Assembly: GCA_965249725.1 (NCBI GenBank)
Contig: CBDFMQ010000002.1
Location: 1,280,001 to 1,344,000, forward strand
Direction of reading: 5' to 3'
DNA: 64,000 nt
Source: Longimicrobiales bacterium
Lineage (GTDB): Bacteria > Gemmatimonadota > Gemmatimonadetes > Longimicrobiales > Gaopeijiaceae
The position numbers were made by a program, and so were the translations under genes. A model generated the notes under the pieces. It was given only the letters and a program-made list of their open reading frames with translations. It was not told the origin of the DNA and ran no database searches. Below, piece by piece: positions 26,966-37,469 of this stretch (positions within the stretch are counted from its first letter, which is position 1; each line of letters starts with the position of its first letter).

Positions 26966-29900
26966 CTACTCGGGCTGGGGCGTGAGTCCGCCGGTGGACC
27001 CCAAAGTACCCGGTCTGACCCGCTCGGAGCGGACACCCACCGGCTGCGGCACCGGCACCGGTCCGGCCGGAACAACCGTCGTCCGCTCACCCTCCGGGTG
27101 TTGATCGGCCGCTTTCGCCTCAGCCTCGGCCTCAGCTTCTTCGTCGAGCACGTGCGTATAGTGCCGTTTGAAGAAGTCCGTCACGTCATCGACGATAGAA
27201 TACAAGACCGGCACCAGGACCAAGGTCAGGAAGGTCGCGAACAGAATCCCGACGATGACGGCAATGGCCATCGGTCCCCACCAGGCCGCCTGTTCACCAC
27301 CCCAATAGAGCTCGGGCTGGAGAGTCGTATAGAGCCCGAAGAAGTCGAAGTTCAGCCCGATGGCCAACGGGACCAGGCCGAGAGCGGTCGTGATCGCCGT
27401 CAGGACCACGGGCCTGAATCGAACGTGGCCACCCCGGACGAGCGCCTCGTGCCGGTCCATCCCGTCCCTGGTCCGCAGCGTGTCGATGTAATCGATGAGG
27501 ATGATGGCGTTGTTCACCACGATCCCGGCGAGCGAGATGATTCCGACCCCCGTCATGATGATGCCGAAGGGCATGCGGAACACCATGAGCCCCAGGAAGA
27601 CGCCAGCCGTCGACATGAAGACCGACGTCAGGATGATCACCGGCTTGACCACCGAGTTGAATTGGGTCACCAGGATGAGCCCAATGAGCATGATCGCGCC
27701 CAGGAACGCATTCTGGAGGAAGGCGGCGGCCTCATCCTGATTCTGTGACTGCCCCGTGTATTGCAGCCGGTACCCGACGGGCAGTTCGGTGGCAGCGAAG
27801 TCGTCCAAGACCTGGCGCACCTGGCCCAGAACGGCATTGCTGTTCAGCCCGGCACGTACATCCGAGCTGATGGTGGCCATTCGCGTCTGGTCCTTCCGAC
27901 GAATGCTGCCGTAGCCGTCGTTGACCTCCCAGTCCGCAACGGATAGCAGCGGAATCTGGGTGCCCTCGTTCATGACGGTGAGGTCCCGCAGGGACTCGAG
28001 CTCGCCGCGGTACTCCTCGGCCAGACGAACCACGATGTCATACTCGTCGTTCCCCGTCCGGTACTTCGCCGCCTCGATGCCCTGGATCGCACCCCGAATC
28101 GCCATCCCGACATCGCGGCTGGAGACTCCATAGAGTGCGGCCTTCTCGCGATCCACCGACACGGAGAGCTCCGGTCGGGCCTCGTCCAGGTCACTCTCTA
28201 AGCCCACCAGCTGTGCGTAGACCGGGTCGTTCTGAAGAATGGTCAGGACTCGATCGGACAGGTCCTTCAGGGTCGCGGGGTCCTCTCCGATGATCTCGAT
28301 GTTCACGGGAGCTCCCCCAGAGGGGCCCTCTTCCATCTGTTCGACCGTGATCTCCGCTCCGGCGATATCCGTTCCCAGTGATGCCTGCATGGCACCCAAC
28401 AGGTCGAACGCATCGAACTCCTGGTCGGCGAACTCGACCATGCTGACCGTCACCCGACCTGCGTCCGGGCCGGAGGCCCCTCCGCCCATCATCGCCGAGG
28501 CACCGCCGCCACCGACCGTGGCCACCACGGACTTGGCATCAGAGATGCCCGGAACGGTCAGGATTTCTGCTTCCAGCCGCCGGGCGATCACATCCGTGGC
28601 CTCGGCACGACTCCCCACGGGAAGATCGATGTCCACCAGGATCTCTTTCGGCGGCATGTCCTCGGGGAAATACTCGACCCCCGCATTGAAGCGGCCGAAC
28701 AACATCAGAGTCACCGCCAGCCCCGCCAGGGAGCCGAAGACCACTACGGCCCGGTGACCGAGCGCCCAGCGCAACGTGGCCTCGTACAGCACCAGGTTCC
28801 GGGGCAGCCAGGACTGCTGGAACCGCTCGGCGATCCGCGCGATGACGAAGTGGTTCAAAGCCCACAAGAACGCCACGGTCGCAGCGAGCAGCACGGCCGT
28901 CAGCAGATTCTGGGTGGCGAAGATCAACAGGACCAACGCCGCGCCCCCCAGGAGGGTCCAGCGCGTCGCCGGGGTCATGGGCGGCGCCGGATCGTCTTCG
29001 AGGCGAAGGAACATCGCACAGAGTACCGGCACGATCACCAACGCCACGAAGAGCGAGCTCGACAGGGCGATGATCAAGGTGGACGGCATGAACTTCATGA
29101 ATTCGCCCACCTGTCCCGGCCAGAACAGGAGGGGCGCGAAGGCCGCCAGCGTGGTCAGCGTCGCCGCGATAACGGGCATGGCCACTTCGCCGGTGGCCTT
29201 CTTGGCCGCTACCCGACGGTCCCAACCCTCTTCCACGTATCGGTAGATGTTCTCCACGACGACGATGGCGTTGTCCACCAGCATGCCCAACGCCAGGATC
29301 AACGAGAACAGCACGACCATGTTCAGGGTCGTGCCCGTCAGTTGAAGGATGACGAATGAGAGTAGCATGGAGGTCGGGATCGAAATGGCCACGAACACCG
29401 AATTCCCCGCCCCGAGGAAGAACAGCAGCACCGCGATGATGAGAATGAGCCCTGAGATGATGTTGTTCTCGAGGCTGCTCACCATGTCGGCGATCTGCAC
29501 CGACTGATCGGACGTGATCTTCACGACGGTGGTGGGCGGAAACTCAGCTTCCATCTCTAGGATGGCTTCCTTTACCAGCTCGGCCGTCTGGATGATGTTC
29601 TCGCCCGAGCGCTTCACCACATCCAGAGTCACGACCGGAGATCGATCGAGGCGGGCAAAGCTCTCACGCTCCTTGAAACCGAACTCCACATCGGCAACGT
29701 CACGTACGTAGATGGGACTGTCACCCTTGGTCATCACCACGATATCCTCGATGACCTGCGGGTCGTCGAATTCGCCATCGACCCGGACCAAGTACTTGAG
29801 AGCACCGACGTCGATGGACCCGCCGGGGATGTTGACGTTTTCGTTGGCAACGGCTTCGATGACGTCTTGGATGGCCAGTCCGTAGAACTGGAGGCGATCG

Positions 29901-30544
29901 AGATGTACGTCGACCTTCACCTCTCTCTCCAGACCCCCTCGGACATCGGCGCGGAGCACGGACGGGATCTGTTCCAGACGGTCTTGAAGGTCTTCGGCGA
30001 TCTCCTTGAGCCGGACGACGCCATACTCACCGGAGAGGTTCACCTGCATGACCGGGAACTCGGAGAAGTCGAACTCCATGATCGTGGGATCTTCCGCCTC
30101 GGCCGGTAGGTCCGGCTTGGCCAGATCTACCTTCTCACGGACCTTCTGGAGTGCCTCTTCCAGGTTTACCGTCGTCTCGAACTCGGCGACGATGCTGGAG
30201 TACCCCTCCACCGACGTCGACGTGAGTTCCTTGACGTCCGAGATCGTGGACAACTCATCCTCGAGGGGACGGGTCACGAGGCTCTCGATGTCGGCCGGGG
30301 AGACCCCGACATACATCGTATTCACCGCGATCATCGGAATCTCGATCTCCGGGAACGACTCCCGCGGAATCGCCCGATATGCCAAGAGACCGGCTACCAC
30401 GATGAACGTCAGAAGCACCAAGACGCTCGTTTGGTGATCCACGGCGACGCTCGTGGCCTTGAATTCCTTGAAGCGGGCCAGGAACCCGGCATCTCGTCGC
30501 GGGTCCATGTCTTCCCCCCTAGATCCGTCCGTTGGTTTGATCAT
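26966..30544 (-). CDS. RND efflux permease (AcrB/AcrD/AcrF family)
   Basis: GMLVDNAIVVVENI, GIVVNNAIILID, RFRPVVLTAITT. Confidence 0.95.
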   Translation of the reverse strand: MIKPTDGSRGEDMDPRRDAGFLARFKEFKATSVAVDHQTSVLVLLTFIVVAGLLAYRAIPRESFPEIEIPMIAVNTMYVGVSPADIESLVTRPLEDELSTISDVKELTSTSVEGYSSIVAEFETTVNLEEALQKVREKVDLAKPDLPAEAEDPTIMEFDFSEFPVMQVNLSGEYGVVRLKEIAEDLQDRLEQIPSVLRADVRGGLEREVKVDVHLDRLQFYGLAIQDVIEAVANENVNIPGGSIDVGALKYLVRVDGEFDDPQVIEDIVVMTKGDSPIYVRDVADVEFGFKERESFARLDRSPVVTLDVVKRSGENIIQTAELVKEAILEMEAEFPPTTVVKITSDQSVQIADMVSSLENNIISGLILIIAVLLFFLGAGNSVFVAISIPTSMLLSFVILQLTGTTLNMVVLFSLILALGMLVDNAIVVVENIYRYVEEGWDRRVAAKKATGEVAMPVIAATLTTLAAFAPLLFWPGQVGEFMKFMPSTLIIALSSSLFVALVIVPVLCAMFLRLEDDPAPPMTPATRWTLLGGAALVLLIFATQNLLTAVLLAATVAFLWALNHFVIARIAERFQQSWLPRNLVLYEATLRWALGHRAVVVFGSLAGLAVTLMLFGRFNAGVEYFPEDMPPKEILVDIDLPVGSRAEATDVIARRLEAEILTVPGISDAKSVVATVGGGGASAMMGGGASGPDAGRVTVSMVEFADQEFDAFDLLGAMQASLGTDIAGAEITVEQMEEGPSGGAPVNIEIIGEDPATLKDLSDRVLTILQNDPVYAQLVGLESDLDEARPELSVSVDREKAALYGVSSRDVGMAIRGAIQGIEAAKYRTGNDEYDIVVRLAEEYRGELESLRDLTVMNEGTQIPLLSVADWEVNDGYGSIRRKDQTRMATISSDVRAGLNSNAVLGQVRQVLDDFAATELPVGYRLQYTGQSQNQDEAAAFLQNAFLGAIMLIGLILVTQFNSVVKPVIILTSVFMSTAGVFLGLMVFRMPFGIIMTGVGIISLAGIVVNNAIILIDYIDTLRTRDGMDRHEALVRGGHVRFRPVVLTAITTALGLVPLAIGLNFDFFGLYTTLQPELYWGGEQAAWWGPMAIAVIVGILFATFLTLVLVPVLYSIVDDVTDFFKRHYTHVLDEEAEAEAEAKAADQHPEGERTTVVPAGPVPVPQPVGVRSERVRPGTLGSTGGLTPQPE

Positions 30545-30557
30545 GTCAGTCTCGTCC

Positions 30558-31640
30558 TCACCTCGTCCCGACCACGGTCACGCGATCGCCTGCCGATACT
30601 TGTTGTTGGCCAACCACGATGAGGCGATCTCCGGCTTCCAGACCGCTCTCGATGACCACCCCGTTCTGTTGGCTCGCGCCGGTCTCCACACTCCTGGACA
30701 CCACCGTAGACTCCTCCCCGCTTCCCTCGACCACGAAGACCCTATATCCAGCCTCGACCCGCACGAGGGCCTCCTGGGGGACCACGACGGCATCTGCCAA
30801 GACTCGTCTCACAACCGATACGTTCGCGACCATCTGCGGCTTGACCGTCCCGTTCGGGTTGGGCATCTCCAACTCGATGGGGAACGTGCGGTTCCTCGGA
30901 TCGACGGTCGCGCCGACGTAGCTGAGCACGCCCGCCTTTGAGAGGTCCAACACGTCGAAGAACACGGTCGCCACGGCGCCAACCGCAACGTCGGCTGCAT
31001 ATCGCTCCGGCACGCCCGCCACCACCTTGATCGGGTCGCGCGTGACGACACGAGCAACCTGGGTCCCGACGCTGACCATCGTTCCGACCTCTACCATCCG
31101 CGATTCGAGCACACCGGCGATGGGGGCTCGGATCACCGTCTGACCCAGGCGTGTCTGGAGGAGGGCCAAACGGGCAGCCGCCTGTTCTGCGTTGTACTTC
31201 GCCTCGAGGTACGCGAGCTCAGAGCCGACCTGATCATCTTCATAGAGGCGCTTACGACGCTCCCAGGTCTCGTTCGCCAGCGCGGCCTGCGCTGCGGACT
31301 CCTCCACTTGGCTCTTGAGGATCTCGTCATCGATCCGGAAGAGGGGCTGGCCGGCTTTCACCTCAGTCCCTTTGTCCACGAGTATCCGTCGAATGACGCC
31401 GGACTCCTCGGCGGAGATCGTCACGTCTTGATCGGCCAGCACGATACCGGTGAGGCGGATGATCTCTACGAACTCGCCGCTCACGACGGTCTGTGTCTCC
31501 ACGTTGATGACCCGTGCCGTTCCTTCGATCAGCACTCCGTCGTTCCCGCTATCCACGGCCTCTGCGTCACCGCCGCATGAAGCGACAACAGCGAAGAGTG
31601 CCACCATCAGGCCGCCTCGGACCCTGGTTCGTATCGTCAT
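30558..31640 (-). CDS. RND periplasmic adaptor (MFP), lipoprotein
   Basis: VASC lipobox, IRAPIAG, VDPRNRTF, GLEAGDRLIV.GQQ. Confidence 0.92.
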   Translation of the reverse strand: MTIRTRVRGGLMVALFAVVASCGGDAEAVDSGNDGVLIEGTARVINVETQTVVSGEFVEIIRLTGIVLADQDVTISAEESGVIRRILVDKGTEVKAGQPLFRIDDEILKSQVEESAAQAALANETWERRKRLYEDDQVGSELAYLEAKYNAEQAAARLALLQTRLGQTVIRAPIAGVLESRMVEVGTMVSVGTQVARVVTRDPIKVVAGVPERYAADVAVGAVATVFFDVLDLSKAGVLSYVGATVDPRNRTFPIELEMPNPNGTVKPQMVANVSVVRRVLADAVVVPQEALVRVEAGYRVFVVEGSGEESTVVSRSVETGASQQNGVVIESGLEAGDRLIVVGQQQVSAGDRVTVVGTR

Positions 31641-31660
31641 TGCTCCCCGTGCCTCCCTTA

Positions 31661-33115
31661 TCACTGTATGCGGCCCGAAGCGCCATCGGAGTCAACCAGC
31701 GGAACGTATCCCACCGCCTGGTCCAGATTCGCCTGAGCCACCAAGAAATCGTAAACCGCCTGAGCGTAGTTGAATTCGCTCTGCCTGAGCGCTACCTCCG
31801 AGTCCGTCAACTCGAGCTGACTGCTCAGCCCTTCCCTGTACTGCGCGCTCGCAATGCCGAAGCCCCGCTGTGCCTGCCTGACGGCCGACCCCTGGGCTTT
31901 GGCTCGCTCCCGAGCTTCTCCCACCTGATCCCAGAGCGTCTTCACCTCACTCTCGGCCCTCGACCGGGCCAGGCGGGTCTGCGCCTGTGCCTGCCGCAGG
32001 GTGGCCCGCTTCTGGTCGATACGCGCGTCCTTCGAGAAACCGCTGAAGAGCGGCCAGGTGACCCGCACGCCTGCTTGTCGCGCGTAGGCCCGCTGCATGG
32101 AAGACTCCCCGAAGAAATCGGGGCTGCCGTTCTCCTGCGCCGTGATGGCGTAGGTCCCGAAAAGGACGATCTCCGGCAGGTACTGGACCTGTTCGAGCCT
32201 CATCTCCGTTTGTCGGAGCTGCTCCATGAGGTCCAGGCCGCGAAGATCCGAACGTTGGCTCTGGGCCATGGTCAGCAGGCGCTCCGGACCGGCGCCCTCC
32301 TCGTCCACCCACGCCGAGTAGTCGAGAATCTGACGATTGGCTGCCGAATTCGCGGCACGATCGTCCAGGTCGATATCCGCCAACGAACCGGCCACCCTCA
32401 AACTCTCGTCCCCGTCCTGGCCGAGCTCGATACCCAGTTCTCTCGTGGACTGGGATACCGCGTTCTGCGCCCGACGCAGGTTGGGCTCGAGGTTGGCGAG
32501 CTCTACCTCCAAGCGTAGAACATCATAGTCGGCGGCCAATCCAGCGTCGTTGAGCGCCCGCGTCTCCGTGAGTGACTGACGGACACGCGCGACCGAGTTC
32601 TCCACCAGGCGAGCCTGTTCCTGCGCCAGAAGAAGGCTGTAGTACACGATCCGGACCCTCGTGACCACCGCCTGTGTGCGGCCCCGGACATTCTCGCGCT
32701 CGAAGTTTTGGAACCGGCTCGCCGCGCCCACTCCCACGAACACGCCTGGCTTGAACAGCGGCTGCTCAACGTTGATGCTGGTCGTCCAGATGTTGTCCGA
32801 GCCGAATCGCACCGGAATCAACTCCGAAGGATCGGCGTCGGGATCGAAGATCACCGCCGGAAGGAAATTCGAAGCGACACTGATATTCCGCGTGTACCCG
32901 GCGGACGCATCGATCGTAGGGTACAGAAGCGACCACGCCTCCGAGACCTGCTCCTCGGCGACCTCGAGCCCCATCCGCGCATCGCGGAGGTCCAGGCTCT
33001 CCACCAGGGCCGTATTCACAGCCTCCTCCAGGGTGAGCACCCGTTCCTGGCCCGCCAACCCCTCCACCATCGCCAACCCGATCAGGGCCAAAGCCCCCAC
33101 GATCTGCATCTTCAT
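31661..33115 (-). CDS. TolC-family outer-membrane efflux protein
   Basis: LTLEEAVNTAL, YPTIDASAGY, PLFSGF, QYREGLSSQLEL. Confidence 0.92.
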   Translation of the reverse strand: MKMQIVGALALIGLAMVEGLAGQERVLTLEEAVNTALVESLDLRDARMGLEVAEEQVSEAWSLLYPTIDASAGYTRNISVASNFLPAVIFDPDADPSELIPVRFGSDNIWTTSINVEQPLFKPGVFVGVGAASRFQNFERENVRGRTQAVVTRVRIVYYSLLLAQEQARLVENSVARVRQSLTETRALNDAGLAADYDVLRLEVELANLEPNLRRAQNAVSQSTRELGIELGQDGDESLRVAGSLADIDLDDRAANSAANRQILDYSAWVDEEGAGPERLLTMAQSQRSDLRGLDLMEQLRQTEMRLEQVQYLPEIVLFGTYAITAQENGSPDFFGESSMQRAYARQAGVRVTWPLFSGFSKDARIDQKRATLRQAQAQTRLARSRAESEVKTLWDQVGEARERAKAQGSAVRQAQRGFGIASAQYREGLSSQLELTDSEVALRQSEFNYAQAVYDFLVAQANLDQAVGYVPLVDSDGASGRIQ

Positions 33116-33117
33116 AT

Positions 33118-33774
33118 CTAGGTAGTCTCCTGGACCCTGGATCCCTCAGCCTCGAGAGATGCCCGCACGTCTTCACCCATGGCCGCCGCGAACTGCGGCT
33201 CGGCCAATCCCTCCATGAGCCGCCAGCTCGATTCCAGGAAGAGCCGACGGAAAGCGTCCTCGTCGATCCTGAGCAGTCCACGGTGGTAGATGGAAACGAG
33301 TCCATGCGCATGGGCCCATATGGTCCGTGCTACGGTTTCAGGGGAGCCAGTCTTCAGCATCCCCGACTCCATGCCCTCACGCACTCGGTCCACCATGAAC
33401 TGCCCCGCGGCACACGCATGATCCGTGGCCTCGTGAGGCAGTTCTCCGTGGCCCATCAGCTCGTGAGCCGTGTGCAGGAGCTCGTAGTACCGAGGGTGCT
33501 CCAGAGCAAAGGCCAGGTACGATCGCCCGGTCATGCTGAAGCGCTCAACGGGCGTACGCCCGTCCAGAGCCCTGGAGAGGTATTGGGCGAACACCTTGAA
33601 GGCCTCTCCCACCACATCTACCAGCACCATCTCTTTACTCTCGTAGTGCCGGTAGAGAGCGGGGGCAGTGACTCCTACCTGCTTGGCGAGCTTTCGCATG
33701 GACAGGCCTTCGAGCCCTCCAGCCATCAGCAGGTCACACGCCTCCGACAGAATCTCATCTCTTTGTGTAGACAT
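33118..33774 (-). CDS. TetR/AcrR-family regulator (WHG-type C-terminal domain)
   Basis: HTH LSMRKLAKQVGVTAPALYRHY, WAHAHG. Start set at ATG 33774 by promoter geometry. Confidence 0.92.
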   Translation of the reverse strand: MSTQRDEILSEACDLLMAGGLEGLSMRKLAKQVGVTAPALYRHYESKEMVLVDVVGEAFKVFAQYLSRALDGRTPVERFSMTGRSYLAFALEHPRYYELLHTAHELMGHGELPHEATDHACAAGQFMVDRVREGMESGMLKTGSPETVARTIWAHAHGLVSIYHRGLLRIDEDAFRRLFLESSWRLMEGLAEPQFAAAMGEDVRASLEAEGSRVQETT

Positions 33775-33775
33775 A

Positions 33776-33810
33776 GTTAACAGTGTAAACAAGATGAAAT
33801 ATCAAGTCAA
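33776..33810 (-). promoter_or_regulatory. Sigma70-type promoter TTGACT-N17-TACACT for a leaderless tetR mRNA, overlapped by an operator-like dyad
   Basis: -35 at 33810-33805, -10 at 33787-33782, ATG 7 nt later. Dyad GTTTACA-C-TGTTAAC at 33790-33776. Confidence 0.75.
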
Positions 33811-33910
33811 CGGCTTATTGTACACAAAGGTGCATTAGGCAATGTGAATGCTGTTCAGAACGAATGAGCCGTGGTTCCCGGGGCAGCCAGGTGGCTCAGG
33901 AGGGGAACAA

Positions 33911-34056
33911 CCGGAGGCGATTTCCGGGGTCGGAGGGCTCCGCTACTGAATACCCTTCACGGTGACCCGGAACACCAACAGGGAAATCGCCGGAGGCGAT
34001 TTCCGGGGTCGGAGGGCTCCGCTACTGAATACCCTTCACGGTGACCCGGAACACCA
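33911..34056. repeat. Exact 67-bp direct repeat (33911-33977 and 33990-34056) duplicating the FKBP 3' end
   Basis: Identical sequence ccggaggcgatttcc...ggaacacca at 79-bp period. Confidence 0.9.
33982..34004 (-). terminator. GC-rich hairpin downstream of the FKBP gene (possible terminator)
   Basis: ggaaatcgcc-gga-ggcgatttcc, 10-bp stem; weak U-tract. Confidence 0.45.
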
Positions 34057-34480
34057 GCGTGGAGTTGGCCGGAATGCCACCTACGACCTGATCCCCGTAT
34101 CCGAGAGCCGGGGGAATGACGAGGCTGCGCGTGCCTCCCACTCGCATCCCGATGACACCTTCGTCGAAACCGTCGATCAGGTTGCCCGTCCCGACGGGAA
34201 ATTCGACGTCGGTCCCTGCATCGAACATCGCTCCGTTGGGCAGCCAACCTGCGTAGTCTACCAAGGCGATCGCCCCGGCCTCTACCACCGGCCCGTCACC
34301 GACGGTGAGATCCTGCACGTACAAGCCGCTCGCCGTACGTGTCATGGCGGATAGATCGATCTCGAGCTCGTCCACGAACTCGATGTCCTCGGGGGCCACG
34401 ACCGAGTCAGACCCACAGGCGGCAAGTGATAGCGCCACCATGATGGGCAGGAAGGTCCGGCTCAAGCGTCGATCGGTCAT
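34022..34480 (-). CDS. FKBP-type peptidyl-prolyl isomerase, lipoprotein
   Basis: LAAC lipobox, TASGL, YAGWL..G.MFD, GM.VGG.R.LVIPPALGYG, IPANSTLVF. Confidence 0.93.
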   Translation of the reverse strand: MTDRRLSRTFLPIMVALSLAACGSDSVVAPEDIEFVDELEIDLSAMTRTASGLYVQDLTVGDGPVVEAGAIALVDYAGWLPNGAMFDAGTDVEFPVGTGNLIDGFDEGVIGMRVGGTRSLVIPPALGYGDQVVGGIPANSTLVFRVTVKGIQ

Positions 34481-34662
34481 TCACCATCTCCAGTATAGTC
34501 AGCAATTCCGGGCGGTCTGTGTGCGGCCGGCTCGGGAGGCCTCACGTAGAAACGCCCGCGGCGAGTGTCCCTCGCCAACATGGAACCCGCATCAGACACT
34601 CTGGGATCCCAAAGAAGTAGTACGACGGAGTCCCTCGACCATGTCGTGGGCCGCTTCCCCGA

Positions 34663-36435
34663 CTACGTCGCGGGCCGCTCGAAGACGATCGTGCCGTTCA
34701 CCATGGTGATCAAGACGCGCAGGTCTCTCAATCGAGTCCCCTCCACCTCCAGAGGGTTCTCCTCGAGCACTGCCAGATCGGCCAAGTATCCCACCTTGAT
34801 CTGGCCCTTGTAGTCCTCCTCGCCGGCTACCCAGGCGTTGTTCACCGTGTAGGCCTTCAGCGCCGACTCGGCGCTGATTCGCTCTTCCGGGAACCAACCA
34901 CCCTCTGGCTGTCCATCCATGGTCTGCCGTGTGACGGCCGCATACATGCCCTGCAGCGGGTTGGAGGTGTACCACGCGGCGTTGGTGCCGGGCCAGTCAC
35001 TCCCGAACGACAAGAGGACCCCAGCATCCTCCAGCGTCTTGAACGCGTAAGCCCACCTGCCCCTCTCCCCGATCCGTTCCTCCATCCAGCGCATGTCGTC
35101 GATCGTGTGGTAGGGCTGCATCTCGGCGATGATGCCCATCTCGGCCTCACGCCGAGCGGTCTCCGGGCCCGAAATCACCTGGTTGTGGATGATGGCGAAG
35201 CGGCGCCCCTCGCGGGGTCCGTTCACGTCGATGACCTTCTGGAAAATGTCGAGGATCGAGTCGATGGCCACGTCGCCGATGGCGTGTACCCGCGGATTGT
35301 AGCCGGCCGAGTCCGCCCCGAAGACGAGCTTCTCCATGTTGCCCGCCGGATCGAATCCGGATCCGTTGTCGGTCACATATCCGGTGTTGTTGATGTTCCG
35401 CCACGAGCCGCGCACTCCCGTGGTCAGGTAGGGCTCGGCGAATCGCGCCGAGGAGCCGCCCATGATTCCGTCGACGAACCCCTTCAGGCCCTGGTAGCGA
35501 ATCCACTCGTCACCGAACCCCTCGACGATGCCTGCGTCGCGCATTTCGTCCCACGTATCCAGGACCAAGCGCATGTTCACTCGTGCAGTCAGCTCCCCAT
35601 TCTGTCGCAGGTGGTGGTAGACCTCCACCTGGCCCGGGGGAGTGATGTCGAAGAAGGTTGTGACTCCATGCTCTGCCAGGCGTGCCAAGGCCACCCGGGC
35701 CTCGGCCATCCGCTGCTCCATGGTCTTGGCTGGGATGGAACGCCTTACGCGTCCAGCCGTCTCGGCGTCGAGTCGACCGGTCGGGACACCGTTCTCGCAC
35801 TCGATGCCTTCCCATGTGCAATCCGCACCCACGGCTTCCAGTGCGGCACCGTTGGCCACGTACTGCGCACGGTCCCAATTCCAGAGCAACGCGGGGTTGC
35901 GTGGGGAGACCGGGTCGATCACGGTGCGGTCCGGTCGAAAGAGCGTCTCCGGCTTGTCGAGATCCTCTCCTCGGCCCGTCGAACTCGACGCCCACTGTTC
36001 ATACGCGCCCCAGCTTCCCCCGGTCATCCAAGCGCCGTCCGGAAGCCGAGTCGAAGCCTCGCGTACCTCGGCGACCAGCCCCTCCTCGTCGGACACCTCG
36101 AGAAGGTTGACGCCGAGCAGCAACTCCCCGGCCCGGCTGAAGTGAGTGTGGTTGTCGATGAATCCGGGCGACAAGAAACGACCATCCAGGTCGATGACCC
36201 GAGTGTCGCTGCCCCGGTACGACGCGACGTCGTCATCCGAACCCACCGCCACGATGCGGTTCCCGACGACCGCAACGGCTTCAGCCCAGGGGCTGTCCGA
36301 ATCGCCTGTCCAGATGCGCCCGCCACTGAAGATGACGTCCGCTTCCTGCGCTCCCAGGTGAATGGGGAGTGACAGGCACAAGGTTAACAAGAATATCAAC
36401 GAAAGCCGGGGCGATCCGCCCGAACCGTGCTTCAT
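34663..36435 (-). CDS. Exported amidohydrolase (Amidohydro_3/YtcJ-like)
   Basis: GGAGG RBS, signal peptide, PGFIDNHTH, KGFVDG, VHAIGD, FGSDWP, GYLADLAVL. Confidence 0.88.
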   Translation of the reverse strand: MKHGSGGSPRLSLIFLLTLCLSLPIHLGAQEADVIFSGGRIWTGDSDSPWAEAVAVVGNRIVAVGSDDDVASYRGSDTRVIDLDGRFLSPGFIDNHTHFSRAGELLLGVNLLEVSDEEGLVAEVREASTRLPDGAWMTGGSWGAYEQWASSSTGRGEDLDKPETLFRPDRTVIDPVSPRNPALLWNWDRAQYVANGAALEAVGADCTWEGIECENGVPTGRLDAETAGRVRRSIPAKTMEQRMAEARVALARLAEHGVTTFFDITPPGQVEVYHHLRQNGELTARVNMRLVLDTWDEMRDAGIVEGFGDEWIRYQGLKGFVDGIMGGSSARFAEPYLTTGVRGSWRNINNTGYVTDNGSGFDPAGNMEKLVFGADSAGYNPRVHAIGDVAIDSILDIFQKVIDVNGPREGRRFAIIHNQVISGPETARREAEMGIIAEMQPYHTIDDMRWMEERIGERGRWAYAFKTLEDAGVLLSFGSDWPGTNAAWYTSNPLQGMYAAVTRQTMDGQPEGGWFPEERISAESALKAYTVNNAWVAGEEDYKGQIKVGYLADLAVLEENPLEVEGTRLRDLRVLITMVNGTIVFERPAT

Positions 36436-36594
36436 GGCCGCCTCCAAGTGAGAATCCAGATGTGTCTCTGACTCTACGGGGACCGAATAGGGGGAGCAAG
36501 CTGGAGGATGTGGTGTTTTAACTCCTCTACAGTCGAGCCCGGAGGCGTACGGTGAGGTCGCTCGGGCACTTCCGACGTGCATGCGAGAAGGGGT

Positions 36595-37410
36595 ATGAGA
36601 ATGATCGCTCGGCGAGGGCCATCGAATCGCTTTTTCGTCATCATCGCTTTTGTTGCTGCTCTGGTCCTTCCCCCGGAGTCTCGCGCACAAACGTCGCCCC
36701 AGAGTGACGCTCGTGCAGTCGAGCTCATCGATGCTTGGATCGACGCTCTGGGAGGAATGGCCCACCTCCAGGAGATGGTGACAGCACGCTTCACGCTCAC
36801 CACCGAGCTATACGAGGCCGGTTCGGGGAGACTGCGCAGGACCCGCCCGAGGTACGTCACTATCGCCCGACAACCGGGCGTGTTGGCGGCGCGGATCGAG
36901 CGCTGGGAAGGCGACGACTTCATCGTCCAGACGTGGGATGGTGGCACTGCCCGGGCCTTTCTGAACGGGACGCCCCTCACCTCTGATGACAAGGACCAAC
37001 AAGAGGTCGAGTACGTCGCCGGAGAAGTGAACTACTGGATCCGGCTGCCGCAGAAACTCAAGGACCCGGGTGCCTACCTGCACTACGACGGTGCGGACGC
37101 GTCGGGGCGCCACACGGTCCGCGTGACCTTTGGCGACGGGGTGGGGGACCACCAGGATTCGTACTTCTACTATTTCGTCGATGGGCGGGTCTGGCCGGTG
37201 CAGGTCGACTACCGTGAGGAGGGCAGCGACCATGTCGAACACACGCGATGGGAGGACATCCGTGGTGTGGACGGCTACCACTACGTGGGGGCGCGCATCC
37301 ACTTCGACGACCAGGGACGGGTGTTCAAGATCATTCGCGCGGACGTGGCCGAGGTGAATCCTCAACTGCCGCCCGAGATCTTCTCCGAGTTGGGCGCCCC
37401 CGGCGGCTGA
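36595..37410 (+). CDS. Exported hypothetical protein (beta-rich)
   Basis: Signal peptide, IDALGG motif, LPQKLKDPG; typical codon usage. Confidence 0.7.
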   Translation: MRMIARRGPSNRFFVIIAFVAALVLPPESRAQTSPQSDARAVELIDAWIDALGGMAHLQEMVTARFTLTTELYEAGSGRLRRTRPRYVTIARQPGVLAARIERWEGDDFIVQTWDGGTARAFLNGTPLTSDDKDQQEVEYVAGEVNYWIRLPQKLKDPGAYLHYDGADASGRHTVRVTFGDGVGDHQDSYFYYFVDGRVWPVQVDYREEGSDHVEHTRWEDIRGVDGYHYVGARIHFDDQGRVFKIIRADVAEVNPQLPPEIFSELGAPGG

Positions 37411-37469
37411 ACCACCCCCGAGGGTGCGTGCCACTGGGCTGGTAGCGCCCCAAGCACGCCCCGGCGCGA

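Noticed and set aside
33911..34056. Mobile element or CRISPR repeat
   Set aside because: Only two copies separated by 12 bp, with no transposase or integrase; kept as a plain duplication.
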